Source: Candidatus Poribacteria bacterium (GTDB lineage: Bacteria > Poribacteria > WGA-4E > WGA-3G). From it: a stretch of DNA of 64,000 nt. The stretch's first letter is position 1. The number at the start of each line of letters is the position of its first letter. Both the position numbers and the translations under genes were made by a program. The notes beneath the pieces are model-generated. The model searched no databases and was not told where the DNA came from. It saw nothing but the letters and a program-made list of their open reading frames with translations. Location of the stretch: contig CAXXLX010000001.1 in assembly GCA_963665235.2 (NCBI GenBank), positions 2,048,001-2,112,000 on the forward strand, written 5' to 3'. Below, piece by piece: positions 20,096-29,697 of the stretch.

Positions 20096-22021
20096 ATGAA
20101 AAATTTCTTAATATGCATCGGACTACTCTGTTTTAGCGCAGCAATACTTGCACAAGAACCGACTTTTACGGTAACAGAGTACCGGAAAGATATGCTCTTA
20201 GCAAAAGAGCCAGTTGTGACAGGATTTGAAGGGACATTAGCTGTTGTGGAGTTTGAGACGCTGCTTGACGCTCCACCCGCAATCGCTTACTACGGTGTTC
20301 CGCATACGGAGGGCAACTTGACAACGCCCCGGTATCGCAAAAGTGCGAAGGGAATATATATTGATGACAATAAAACACGACATCGCATTAAGCTGGATGT
20401 CTCTAAGCTAGAGGATGTGCATTACGATACAGGCCTCATTGCCAATGGCGGTGGCACGATAGTTTATCGTATAGAGGTTTTCGACACGCGCATACAGACG
20501 ACCCGTGCCTACGACCGGCATTTGCGTTATAAACGTGAAGGCGCGCCTAAAACCGGCACCTATACATCGCTTGTCACCCTGACAGAGGGACCTTTTGTCG
20601 ACCTCGTCACCCATGAGGCTGCCGTTATTTCTTGGGAAACGGACAGGCCGACAGAGGGGCGCGTTTTGTCGAAAAATCGGGAATTTTTATCCCTAGAGCC
20701 TGCTGTACGCCATGAAGTTCGACTCACCAAATTAGAGCCGAATACCGTCCATACCTATCAGGTACATTACGGTGTCTATACACCCACCTATACCTTCAAA
20801 ACTGCCCCCGAGCCGGGAAAAAGTGCCAATTTTAAGTTTGGGTTCATGTCAGATTCTCGGGCTGGCGTTGGCGGTGGCGAACGTGCACAGAATGGGGTCA
20901 ACGCGAAGGATTTAGGACGTTTCGCCATTGAGCTCTATAACAGAAACGCCGATTTCGTCTGTTTCGGGGGTGACCTCATAAACGGGTACACCTCTGACGT
21001 GCGCGATTTTGAATCACAACTTGAAACCTGGAAGCGCACAATTCAACCTGTCGGTGCAAATATTCCTTTTTACGAGGCAATTGGCAACCACGAACAGGTC
21101 GGCACATATTACAAGGTCAAAGCCCCGCATCTTAAGCCGGATGAATACTACATCCAATTCACAGGAACAGTCGGTGAAGAGAGTGCGGAGGCAATCTTTG
21201 CCCGAGAATTTGTCAATCCCACCGGCAGTCGATACGGAACCGGGGTACCGATGCCTGAAGCAAAAGTCGACAGTGATATGGGTGGACCTGAGACCGGGCC
21301 TACCTACGATGAAAATGTTTACTCCTTCAACTACGGACGTATCCATTTTATTTCTTTAAACACAAATTATTGGTCAACCGGTTATAGAAATTTAAGCGAG
21401 TTCGGCCAGAAATCGCAGGACAAAACGGCAATTAACATTGCGCTTAAACACCTCGGGGGCAACCGGGAGGGGTATGTTATGGCGAACCAGTTGGCCTGGT
21501 TGAAGCAGGAATTGGCCGCCGCTCAAAAAGATGACACCGTGGACTGGGTGTTCATTTTCCTCCACGAGCCGCCGTTTCCGAATGGGGGCCATGTCAAAGA
21601 TGCGATGTATTGGGGTACCCCCGGTGAGGGGAAGTTCGGAGGCTACAACGATAAAACCGCGCCACTCGGAGATGTGCTAGATATGCGGAATCGGTTTTGG
21701 AAAATTGTCGCTAGTACACCGAAGGTATTAGCCGTGCTTTGTGGAGACGAACACAATTATAGCCGAACGCTAATAGATTCATCGGTGCATCCGGAGTACC
21801 AACTTCCTGTATGGCAGATTATCAGCGGTGGATGTGGCGCGCCCTATTATGTTCAGGATAAATCCGTTCCGTGGGTTGACAACGTCAAGGCGTTCACAAT
21901 TGATAAACATTACTGCCTTTTCATCGTCGATGGCGATAAAATCGGGTTGGAGGTCTATAACGATAGCAATCAAAAGCTGGATAGCATCTCAAATCTGACA
22001 ACGATTCGCACCAAACGATAG
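20096..22021 (+). CDS. Secreted purple-acid-phosphatase-like metallophosphoesterase with FN3 domain
   Basis: Signal peptide. MSDSR, GGDLING, IGNHE, FLHEPP and CGDEHNY motifs. Adjacent to the pst operon. Confidence 0.85.
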   Translation: MKNFLICIGLLCFSAAILAQEPTFTVTEYRKDMLLAKEPVVTGFEGTLAVVEFETLLDAPPAIAYYGVPHTEGNLTTPRYRKSAKGIYIDDNKTRHRIKLDVSKLEDVHYDTGLIANGGGTIVYRIEVFDTRIQTTRAYDRHLRYKREGAPKTGTYTSLVTLTEGPFVDLVTHEAAVISWETDRPTEGRVLSKNREFLSLEPAVRHEVRLTKLEPNTVHTYQVHYGVYTPTYTFKTAPEPGKSANFKFGFMSDSRAGVGGGERAQNGVNAKDLGRFAIELYNRNADFVCFGGDLINGYTSDVRDFESQLETWKRTIQPVGANIPFYEAIGNHEQVGTYYKVKAPHLKPDEYYIQFTGTVGEESAEAIFAREFVNPTGSRYGTGVPMPEAKVDSDMGGPETGPTYDENVYSFNYGRIHFISLNTNYWSTGYRNLSEFGQKSQDKTAINIALKHLGGNREGYVMANQLAWLKQELAAAQKDDTVDWVFIFLHEPPFPNGGHVKDAMYWGTPGEGKFGGYNDKTAPLGDVLDMRNRFWKIVASTPKVLAVLCGDEHNYSRTLIDSSVHPEYQLPVWQIISGGCGAPYYVQDKSVPWVDNVKAFTIDKHYCLFIVDGDKIGLEVYNDSNQKLDSISNLTTIRTKR

Positions 22022-22045
22022 CTCTTTTGTCAAAAAGCCATACTT

Positions 22046-22079
22046 TTGTCCCATTTTTGCAACAATTACGCGCTATAAT
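22046..22079 (+). promoter_or_regulatory. Candidate Pho box plus -10 element for the pst operon
   Basis: TTGTCCC-ATTT-TTGCAAC, exactly 10 nt, then TATAAT, matching PhoB-box geometry. Confidence 0.5.
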
Positions 22080-22231
22080 TACTATAGTTTGGACAATATC
22101 TGTGAGGTTGATGCACGATTTTCAAAGCATTTCTGATTTTTCTCTAAGTTTCTCACACACGGACAAATAGGAGAAAAATAGGATAGGATGTGCGAAAACG
22201 CAGCCCCAGCGGGGCGTTATGTCTATAAGGC

Positions 22232-22345
22232 CAGGGCTTCACATCGCGTTGATAAAGTCCATAGATAATGGGATGTAAAGCGGGACCTAGCGGGCGAGGT
22301 GACCTCGCCCCTACGATGCTACATGCTAAATTTGCATAAGTCCTG
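22232..22345. mobile_element. MITE family B, degenerate copy
   Basis: Inverted homolog of 50560-50699 with TIR TGCATAAGTCCTG and an internal GTAG REP. Confidence 0.65.
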
Positions 22346-22401
22346 TAAGACATTATGCCGGTTTAATTGTAGTCCTTCTGTTTCGTTAGCAGTTGCGGTG
22401 T

Positions 22402-22471
22402 GTAGGGGCGGGGTTTCCCCGCCCGCTTTGAGGTTATCCGTATTCATAGGACGGGGGGACCCCGCCCCTAC
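22402..22471. repeat. Inverted REP doublet (REPIN-like)
   Basis: GTAGGGGCGGGGTTTCCCCGCCC ... GGACCCCGCCCCTAC. Confidence 0.7.
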
Positions 22472-22534
22472 GAGGTTCACAAGCAGACTCTGATTAAATC
22501 ATTATAATGTCTATTCAATAGGAGAGGCAGGCAC

Positions 22535-23458
22535 ATGGAAAAAGGAAGCTGGATTAGTTACGTTATTATAGGCGTTCTTGTTTTTTCAGTATACGGTTTT
22601 GTCTTTCGCGGGGGTTCATCAGAGCAGGCGGATGTGAACGGCGTGGATAAAGCATCGGGACACATCAGGATCAAGAACAAAGGCTCAGATACGATGGTAA
22701 ATTTGGCGCAAGCTTGGTCAGAGGCATATGAAGATGTCTCTGATACGGCATCCGTTGACGTGTCAGGCGGCGGCTCCGGAACAGGAGTTGCTGCGTTAAT
22801 CAACGGAACTGTGGATATCGCAAACTGTAGTCGTCAGATAAAACCCAAGGAGCTGGAACAAGCCGAGAAAAACACCGGCAAAGTGCCGCAGGAATTCATC
22901 GTTGGATATGATGCGCTTGCTGTTTACGTCCATAAGAATAACCCGCTGGACCGCGTTACTATTCGCGAGCTTGCGGAAATTTACGGTGAAGATGGTAAGA
23001 TAACCGAATGGAAGCATCTCGGGATTGCACATGCAGCCTGCCAAAGTGACAGAATTATCCGCATTAGTCGGCAGTCCAACTCCGGAACCTACTTCTATTT
23101 TCGGGAGGCACTGCTCGGCAAATCGCGCGACTTTGAACTAGGCTCTCTCGATTTGCACGGTTCTAAAGATGTGGTAGAGGTTGTCGGCCGAACGCCTTGT
23201 GCCATCGGTTATAGCGGAATGGGATATGCGACAACGCATGTCAAGATGTTAAAGGTTGCAATAGCCGATGGCGAAGCATATTACTCACCGAATCTTGAGA
23301 ACGTCATAGCGAAAACCTATCCCATTGCACGACCACTGTATATGTATTCGCTCGGTGAACCCATTGGACAAGTGAAGCTCTATCTGGATTGGATTTTATC
23401 GGAAGAGGGACAAAAAATTGTCGAAAAGCTCGGTTTTGTGCCGCTAGAACGCAACTAA
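22535..23458 (+). CDS. pstS: Phosphate ABC transporter substrate-binding protein
   Basis: KGSDTM, GGGSGTG, SRQSNSGT and YPIARPLY motifs. Confidence 0.93.
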   Translation: MEKGSWISYVIIGVLVFSVYGFVFRGGSSEQADVNGVDKASGHIRIKNKGSDTMVNLAQAWSEAYEDVSDTASVDVSGGGSGTGVAALINGTVDIANCSRQIKPKELEQAEKNTGKVPQEFIVGYDALAVYVHKNNPLDRVTIRELAEIYGEDGKITEWKHLGIAHAACQSDRIIRISRQSNSGTYFYFREALLGKSRDFELGSLDLHGSKDVVEVVGRTPCAIGYSGMGYATTHVKMLKVAIADGEAYYSPNLENVIAKTYPIARPLYMYSLGEPIGQVKLYLDWILSEEGQKIVEKLGFVPLERN

Positions 23459-23476
23459 GGAACGTTTAAACATCAC

Positions 23477-24745
23477 ATGAATTTTATACGAACCTGTTTC
23501 GGATTTAAAGGACGAATCAATAGAGCGGCATGGTGGTTGCTAAACGCACCAATCTTGGCTATCTTTGCAATAGCGGTAATTGCTTACGATTTTCCCGCTA
23601 AATTCTCACCTGAATTGATTCCGTTGTTCGCACTCGCTTGGGTACATTTAGCTGTCAGTGCCAAACGGTGGCAGGACAGAGGAAAATCTGCAGGGTGGCT
23701 CCTATTTCATCTTATCCCCCTAGTTGCTGTGATTTGTATGCTATTAGCCCAAGCATCCTCAGGCTGGTGGCGCCTGTTTTATCTCATCGCGATTGTTCAC
23801 GGACTCTGGACCCTCATAGAATTAGGTTTTAAGAGAGGCGTGAAGGGAGACAATCGGTTTGGCCCTGATTCAGAGACAACCTCTGAACCGGTAATTGACC
23901 TCTATATTCAACTATGCGGGATTAGCTCAATCCTCTTCGTTTTCGGTATCTTTTTCTTTGTCTTCAAGGAGGGTGCCGGTTTCCTTTTTAACGGTCTAAA
24001 TTTAGGGGAATTTTTGACCAGTGAAGAGTGGTATCCAACATCTCTTAAAAACAAAAGATACGGCACCTTTGCACTGATTTTGGGAACGCTCAGTGTAACT
24101 GGCTTAGCGATGTTTCTTGCAGTACCGTTTGGCCTTGGAGCAGCGATTTTTGTGTCAGAATTCTGTAGTCCTAAGTTGAGAGAGACGTTCAAAATTGTAA
24201 TCGAATTCCTCGCTGCGATTCCATCAGTCGTTTGGGGATTTATCGGTTTGACCTTGATGAATCAGTTGATAATAGAGGTTTTTAACGCACCTATCGGTTT
24301 AACGATGGTAAACGGGGGCATCATGCTAGCACTAATGAGCGTTCCGATAATCGTCTCCATAGCGGAAGATGCCCTGAAAGCGGTGCCGGACTCCTACCGT
24401 GAAGCAGCCGAGGCACTCGGTGCAACCCGATGGCAGGTAATTTACCGCGTACTTTTACCGGCAGCGAAAAATGGGTTGTTAGCCGCAGTCTTACTCGGCG
24501 CAGCGCGGTCTATCGGAGAAACGATGGCGGTTTTAATGGCAACCGGGCACTCGGTCAACCTCCCGACAAACCCACTCTCTTGGATTCGCACCCTCACAGC
24601 AACAATCGCCGCAGAATTGGGAGAAGTCGCAAGAGGTGCTGAACATTACCAAGTGCTATTTCTCATCGGGGTTCTGCTTTTTTCTATTACGTTTGTAGTA
24701 AACCTCATCGCAGATTTGGTTATCAAGGGTATACGGCAAAACTAA
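23477..24745 (+). CDS. pstC: Phosphate ABC permease PstC with N-terminal DUF805-like domain
   Basis: N-terminal FKGRINRAAWW...KRWQDRGKS...NRFGPD. Permease motifs LAAIPSVVWG and RSIGETMAV. Confidence 0.9.
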   Translation: MNFIRTCFGFKGRINRAAWWLLNAPILAIFAIAVIAYDFPAKFSPELIPLFALAWVHLAVSAKRWQDRGKSAGWLLFHLIPLVAVICMLLAQASSGWWRLFYLIAIVHGLWTLIELGFKRGVKGDNRFGPDSETTSEPVIDLYIQLCGISSILFVFGIFFFVFKEGAGFLFNGLNLGEFLTSEEWYPTSLKNKRYGTFALILGTLSVTGLAMFLAVPFGLGAAIFVSEFCSPKLRETFKIVIEFLAAIPSVVWGFIGLTLMNQLIIEVFNAPIGLTMVNGGIMLALMSVPIIVSIAEDALKAVPDSYREAAEALGATRWQVIYRVLLPAAKNGLLAAVLLGAARSIGETMAVLMATGHSVNLPTNPLSWIRTLTATIAAELGEVARGAEHYQVLFLIGVLLFSITFVVNLIADLVIKGIRQN

Positions 24746-25053
24746 TACCATTTTTATTAATTATTCTATCATTACCGGTTGTTAGAAATGAAACGGAGAA
24801 CGGAAGACCCAAACTGGAAGTTTATGCTACGATAAAACGCACAAACTGGAAGTTTATGCTACGATAAAACGCACAAACTGGAAGTTTATGCTACGATAAA
24901 ACGCACAAACTGGAAGTTTATGCTACGATAAAACGCACAAACTGGAAGTTTATGCTACGATAAAACGCACAAACTGGAAGTTTATGCTACGATAAAACGC
25001 ACAAACTGGAAGTTTATGCTACTACAAAGAGACATTTTCAATTAGAAATGGTA
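24746..25053. mobile_element. MITE family A, copy 2, with 7 REP-like units (32-bp period), inserted at the pstC stop codon
   Basis: TAA duplicated at 24743-45 and 25054-56. Linker GATAAAAC. Confidence 0.9.
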
Positions 25054-25071
25054 TAACAAAGTAGGAAATAT

Positions 25072-26007
25072 ATGGATAACAATACAGAGAATAACCCGCA
25101 GGAGCTCACGCCTACAGAAGCGATGTTTACGGAAACAGCTATCGGGCAGCGGAGCCGATTTATAGAAAACGGGGTGAAAATTTTTCTCCTCATCATGACA
25201 TGTTTGATGATTCTACCCCTGCTTCTCATCATCGGTTACCTTTTCTATAAGGCACTGCCAGTACTATCCTTCGATTTTCTGTTCACCAACCCAAAGGATA
25301 ACATGCGGGCAGGCGGATTATGGGCACCGTTTCTCGGCACGATATATCTCGTCGTGGTTTCGCTCTTAGTCGCAGCACCGATTGGTGTTTTCTCTGCTGT
25401 TTACCTCAACGAGTATGCCCGTGATAATTGGTTCACACGTCTAGTGAACTTGGCGGTTGTGAATCTTGCGGGGGTTCCAAGTATCGTTCACGCGCTCTTC
25501 GGTGTGGGGGCATTCGTTTTGTTTGCAGGTTTGGGCGAGTCCATTCTCGCCGCGTCCTTCACCTTAGCCATTATGACGTTGCCTGTTATCATCGCAAGCA
25601 CGAAAGAGGCACTCAACGCGGTGCCGATGGCTTTCCGGGAGGCGTGTTGGAACCTCGGCGCAACGCGCTGGCAAACTATTCGCCGGATTGTGCTTCCCAA
25701 CTCTATTAGCGGTATTCTAACAGGTGTTATCCTACAGGTCTCTCGGGCCGCCGGGGAAACTGCACCGATTATGTTTACTGGCGCGGTTTTTTATAAAGCT
25801 ATTGCAGAAGGAGACATTTTCGCATATAATGTAACTGACCAGTGTATGGCACTTTCATTGCACCTCTACACTATTTCAACACAGGTGCCAGACGTGACAG
25901 ACGGAATTCCTTACGGCACAGCGATTGTGCTTGTAGGGAGCGTACTCCTCGTTAACGCAGCAGCAATCGCGCTCCGGGTATATCTTAGAACGCGAAAGAA
26001 GTGGTAA
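25072..26007 (+). CDS. pstA: Phosphate ABC permease PstA
   Basis: NLAGVPSIV and RAAGETAPI motifs. Confidence 0.92.
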   Translation: MDNNTENNPQELTPTEAMFTETAIGQRSRFIENGVKIFLLIMTCLMILPLLLIIGYLFYKALPVLSFDFLFTNPKDNMRAGGLWAPFLGTIYLVVVSLLVAAPIGVFSAVYLNEYARDNWFTRLVNLAVVNLAGVPSIVHALFGVGAFVLFAGLGESILAASFTLAIMTLPVIIASTKEALNAVPMAFREACWNLGATRWQTIRRIVLPNSISGILTGVILQVSRAAGETAPIMFTGAVFYKAIAEGDIFAYNVTDQCMALSLHLYTISTQVPDVTDGIPYGTAIVLVGSVLLVNAAAIALRVYLRTRKKW

Positions 26008-26099
26008 CGTTTCGGCTCGGGCTGGCTTGAGGTGCCATTCACGGGTAACCTCAATTTCCTTAACGAGGTTGCTATCTCGCCGAAAAGGCGTAAAATAGG

Positions 26100-26885
26100 A
26101 TGCTACCTATGTTGAATTATGTTGAAGGGGAAATAACCGGTCTACGGAAAACGTTAGGAGATATTATAGAAGGGGCTATCTTTACCGGAATCATTCAATT
26201 TCTGATTCTTGCCTCTGCTGTTGCCTTCGTTCTGGAAACTGAAACCGAATTTGCTGAATACAAAAGACTTTTTGACATTGCAGATTGGGCCTTTCTGGTG
26301 TTGTTTTCGTTGGAATACATTTTACGTATCTACACCGCGCCTGACAGAAAAAAATTCATATTCAGTTTTTTCGGAATTGTCGACCTATTCGCCATTTTAC
26401 CATCGCTTGTGCTCATCCCAGGGTTGGGACAGGTGCCCGGGTTCCGCGTGCTACGGGTTCTCAGATTCTTGCGGGTCTTTAGAATCTTTAAGGCAACCCG
26501 GTTCATCCTGGCAGTCGATAGAATGATTGATGCCCTCGGGGAAGTCAAACGGGAAGTGCTAGCACTTGTCATTCTATCGTCAATGTTAGTCTACTTAGCT
26601 GCATGCGGTATCCACTACTTTGAAAGGAACGAACAACCTGAAAAGTTTGGCTCTATTCCGGATGCAATGTGGTGGGCTATTGTCACCCTTACTACAATCG
26701 GTTATGGCGATGTCTACCCTGTAACCGCAGGCGGAAAAGTATTCACCGCTCTCGTCGCTTTAGTCGGTGTAGGACTTATCGCTATCCCATCGGGACTGTT
26801 AGCCTCCGTTCTCACCAAAGCACGGGTTGAAGAGGAGAAAGCCGAAGAAAAAGAGGAACAGGATGAAACGGAAATCCCGGATTAA
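26100..26885 (+). CDS. Voltage-gated potassium channel (6TM)
   Basis: S4 segment RVLRVLRFLRVFRIFK and filter TTIGYGD. Confidence 0.9.
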   Translation: MLPMLNYVEGEITGLRKTLGDIIEGAIFTGIIQFLILASAVAFVLETETEFAEYKRLFDIADWAFLVLFSLEYILRIYTAPDRKKFIFSFFGIVDLFAILPSLVLIPGLGQVPGFRVLRVLRFLRVFRIFKATRFILAVDRMIDALGEVKREVLALVILSSMLVYLAACGIHYFERNEQPEKFGSIPDAMWWAIVTLTTIGYGDVYPVTAGGKVFTALVALVGVGLIAIPSGLLASVLTKARVEEEKAEEKEEQDETEIPD

Positions 26886-27213
26886 ACGATACGGCTCTAG
26901 AATACTTATCGGCATGTTTGTGTTAGTCCTTTTAGGCGGATGCGGCATCTACTACTTTGAAAAGAACGAACAACCTGAAATATTTGGTTCTTTTTGGGGT
27001 ACGATATGGTGGTCTATCCGCACAATCGGCCCAACCGAGGAGGAAGGTATGATCTCGGTAACCACTGGCGGCCAAATTGCCGAAGTCATAGTCGCTCTCG
27101 CCGGTTTCACGATTGTAATTACTGTAGCAGCATTGTTGATGTATATAATCATTGAAACACGGTTTGATATAGAACAACTCCGAAAAGAGATGAGAGACGA
27201 TGACCAAACTTGA
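26863..27213 (+). CDS. Pore-only K+ channel paralog with degenerate selectivity filter
   Basis: GIYYFEKNEQPEIFGS matches the upstream channel. The filter region reads TIGPTEEEG instead of TIGYGD. Confidence 0.6.
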   Translation: MKRKSRIKRYGSRILIGMFVLVLLGGCGIYYFEKNEQPEIFGSFWGTIWWSIRTIGPTEEEGMISVTTGGQIAEVIVALAGFTIVITVAALLMYIIIETRFDIEQLRKEMRDDDQT

Positions 27214-27259
27214 CTATAATCTACTTTTTCAGAAAACACACATCAGAATTACAACAAAC

Positions 27260-27282
27260 GTAAGGGTTGGGTCCCCCAACCC
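27260..27282 (+). repeat. REP-like GTA(A/G)GGGTTGGG-TCC-CCCAACCC
   Basis: Same family at 28860 and 28917. Confidence 0.65.
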
Positions 27283-27301
27283 GTCCTAAAATGGAGAAAA
27301 C

Positions 27302-28057
27302 GTGCAAAGCAAAATAGAGATTTTGGACTTAAAAGTACGTTACGGGGATAAACAAGCATTGAACGGAATTTCCTTCGATGTTTATGAAAACGAAATCCTC
27401 GGTATCATCGGACCAGCGCAATCCGGTAAAACGACCCTGCTAAAGGTCATCAATCGAACGTTGGAATTTACGCAGGGGACAACCGTTGAAGGCTCCGTGA
27501 AACTAGATGGTGTCGATATCAATTCAATCGCAGATGTACACGGTCTGCGGAGACGTATCGGTATGGTCCTGCCTTTACCGGTAGGGTTGCCGTTATCCAT
27601 CTACGACAACGTTGCCTTTGCCCCTCGAACAGCAGGACTTCGCAATAAGGCGGAGTTAGATGAAATTGTTGAAAGGTGTCTGCAGCAAGCAGCACTCTGG
27701 GACGAAGTAAAAGACCGACTGAATAGCATCGGCACGAAACTCTCAGGCGGACAACAGCAACGTTTGACGATTGCAAGAGCCCTTTCACATCAACCAGAGA
27801 TTTTGTGTCTCGATGAATTCTCCATCGCAGTAGACCCGGTAACAACGATGCGTATTGAAGATGTGCTTAAGACACTGCGTACAGACATGACAATTCTGCT
27901 CGTCACTAACTTGGTGCAGCAGGCAAAACGTTTGGCAGACCGCACCGCTTTTATGCTAAACGGCAATTTAATTGAAATCGATACAACGGATGTCATTTTC
28001 TCCGAAAATCCAGCAGAGCAGGCCACTTACGACTATGTCAGCGGCAACTTTGGATAG
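27302..28057 (+). CDS. pstB: Phosphate ABC ATPase PstB (copy 1; H-loop His replaced by Asn)
   Basis: GPAQSGKT, LSGGQQQRL, LDEF and LVTN. Confidence 0.85.
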   Translation: MQSKIEILDLKVRYGDKQALNGISFDVYENEILGIIGPAQSGKTTLLKVINRTLEFTQGTTVEGSVKLDGVDINSIADVHGLRRRIGMVLPLPVGLPLSIYDNVAFAPRTAGLRNKAELDEIVERCLQQAALWDEVKDRLNSIGTKLSGGQQQRLTIARALSHQPEILCLDEFSIAVDPVTTMRIEDVLKTLRTDMTILLVTNLVQQAKRLADRTAFMLNGNLIEIDTTDVIFSENPAEQATYDYVSGNFG

Positions 28058-28079
28058 GAGCAGCGAGGAGGACTCTCAC

Positions 28080-28853
28080 TTGGAGACGAATAACTACAGC
28101 ATTGAAACCGAGAATCTCAGCCTCTGGTACGGGGATTTTCAGGCACTCATCGATGTGAACGTGAAAGTTTTAGCGGGGCAAATTACGTCACTGATTGGCC
28201 CCTCTGGGTGTGGCAAAACAACGCTATTGCGCTGTTTCAACCGTGTCAACGAACGCTACGGCAACGTTACCACAAAAGGGGAAATTCATATTTTAGGGAA
28301 AAATATCTACGATGCGAATGTATCGCTCCCCGAACTCCGAAAAACAGTCGGCATGGTCTTCCAACGGCCGAACCCGTTGCCGATTTCGGTATACGAGAAT
28401 GTACTATTTGGATTGCGCATTCACTCGCCGATGCGCAGTTTCACACGAACAGAAGCAGACCAAATCGTTGAAGAAGCACTTACCTCTGTTTTCTTGTGGG
28501 ACGACCTGAAGGATAAACTGAAAACGCGGGCAACATCCCTTCAACTCGAACAGCAACAAAAACTCTGTATCGCGCGCCTCTTGCCCCTCAAACCGAAGAT
28601 TATCCTGATGGACGAACCCTGCTCCGCCCTGGATGCAAAAGGCACGCTTGCAGTTGAAGAACTCATGTCAGTCCTCGCGGGGACCTACACATTTTTAATC
28701 GTAACGCATAACATGGCACAAGCCCGCCGGGTCAGCAACGAGTGTATCTTCATGTTCCTCGGAGAACTTATTGAACACAGAGAAACGCAGGCACTATTTG
28801 AAACCCCAGAACACCCGAAAACAGAGGATTATGTGCAAATGCGATACGGCTAA
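28080..28853 (+). CDS. pstB: Phosphate ABC ATPase PstB (copy 2; degenerate signature)
   Basis: TTG start at 28080. GPSGCGKT, LQLEQQQKL, MDEPCSALD and VTHN. Confidence 0.85.
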   Translation: METNNYSIETENLSLWYGDFQALIDVNVKVLAGQITSLIGPSGCGKTTLLRCFNRVNERYGNVTTKGEIHILGKNIYDANVSLPELRKTVGMVFQRPNPLPISVYENVLFGLRIHSPMRSFTRTEADQIVEEALTSVFLWDDLKDKLKTRATSLQLEQQQKLCIARLLPLKPKIILMDEPCSALDAKGTLAVEELMSVLAGTYTFLIVTHNMAQARRVSNECIFMFLGELIEHRETQALFETPEHPKTEDYVQMRYG

Positions 28854-28859
28854 TTTATC

Positions 28860-28939
28860 GTAGGGGTTGGGTCTCCCAACCCATCGTAATGGAAACTAAT
28901 CGCTAATTGCTATTACGTAGGGGTTGGGTCTCCCGACCC
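28860..28939 (+). repeat. Two REP units GTAGGGGTTGGGTCTCCC(A/G)ACCC
   Basis: Direct repeats at 28860 and 28917. Confidence 0.7.
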
Positions 28940-28966
28940 GTATTGTAGAGAGTAGACACACGTCGT

Positions 28967-29680
28967 GTGCCGCACAGAAAAATGGAAAAAACTAAACCTA
29001 TTTTCCATAGCATTGCCTTAATAACACTTATTGCAACATTCCTGCTTTTTTGGCATTTTTCTACCAAAGAAGCAGATATCGCTAAGCAGCCATCGGAGAT
29101 AATGCCTACGTTATTCAGACATCTCTCTGTTATGCTATTTGTGAGTCTCTTGGCAATTCCCTTAGGATTTGGGAGTGCATTTTACATAGAGGAATGGCTT
29201 GCCGAGACAAATTGGATTCGGCGTTTTATTGAGAGCAAAATCGCAATTTTAGAGACGATACCCTCGCTTCTGTATGGACTTTTGGTAGTTCTACTGTTCA
29301 TCTTTCAAAGTGGGAACACGTTGCTGCTTTTAGGAACGTTAACGTTTGTTCTAATAGTTTTACCGGTTGTGATGCTGACAACACAACGCGCACTCCGTTC
29401 AATTCCTACACCGATGCGAGAAGCGGCGTACGCCCTGGGAGCAAGCCGAGGACGAGTCCTAGCCGAACAGGTCATCCGGCCTGCCCTCCCCGCAATTCTT
29501 GCCGGGGCATGCCGGGGACTCTCTAGAGCATTCGCCACAGCTGCCCTGCTTATCGGCATCCATGCATGGGGATATACAACGGATACCACCGTTTCAAGGG
29601 ACACATTGACAAAATTCCTCCTATTCTTAGGGGGAGCCCTACTACTTAGCGTACCTTTTAGTTTGCGCAATCAACGATAG
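28967..29680 (+). CDS. Divergent PstA-like permease
   Basis: LETIPSLLYG and EAA motif REAAYALGASR. Short, and lacks GETAP. Confidence 0.7.
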   Translation: MPHRKMEKTKPIFHSIALITLIATFLLFWHFSTKEADIAKQPSEIMPTLFRHLSVMLFVSLLAIPLGFGSAFYIEEWLAETNWIRRFIESKIAILETIPSLLYGLLVVLLFIFQSGNTLLLLGTLTFVLIVLPVVMLTTQRALRSIPTPMREAAYALGASRGRVLAEQVIRPALPAILAGACRGLSRAFATAALLIGIHAWGYTTDTTVSRDTLTKFLLFLGGALLLSVPFSLRNQR

Positions 29681-29697
29681 GTAGGTACGACGGAAAA

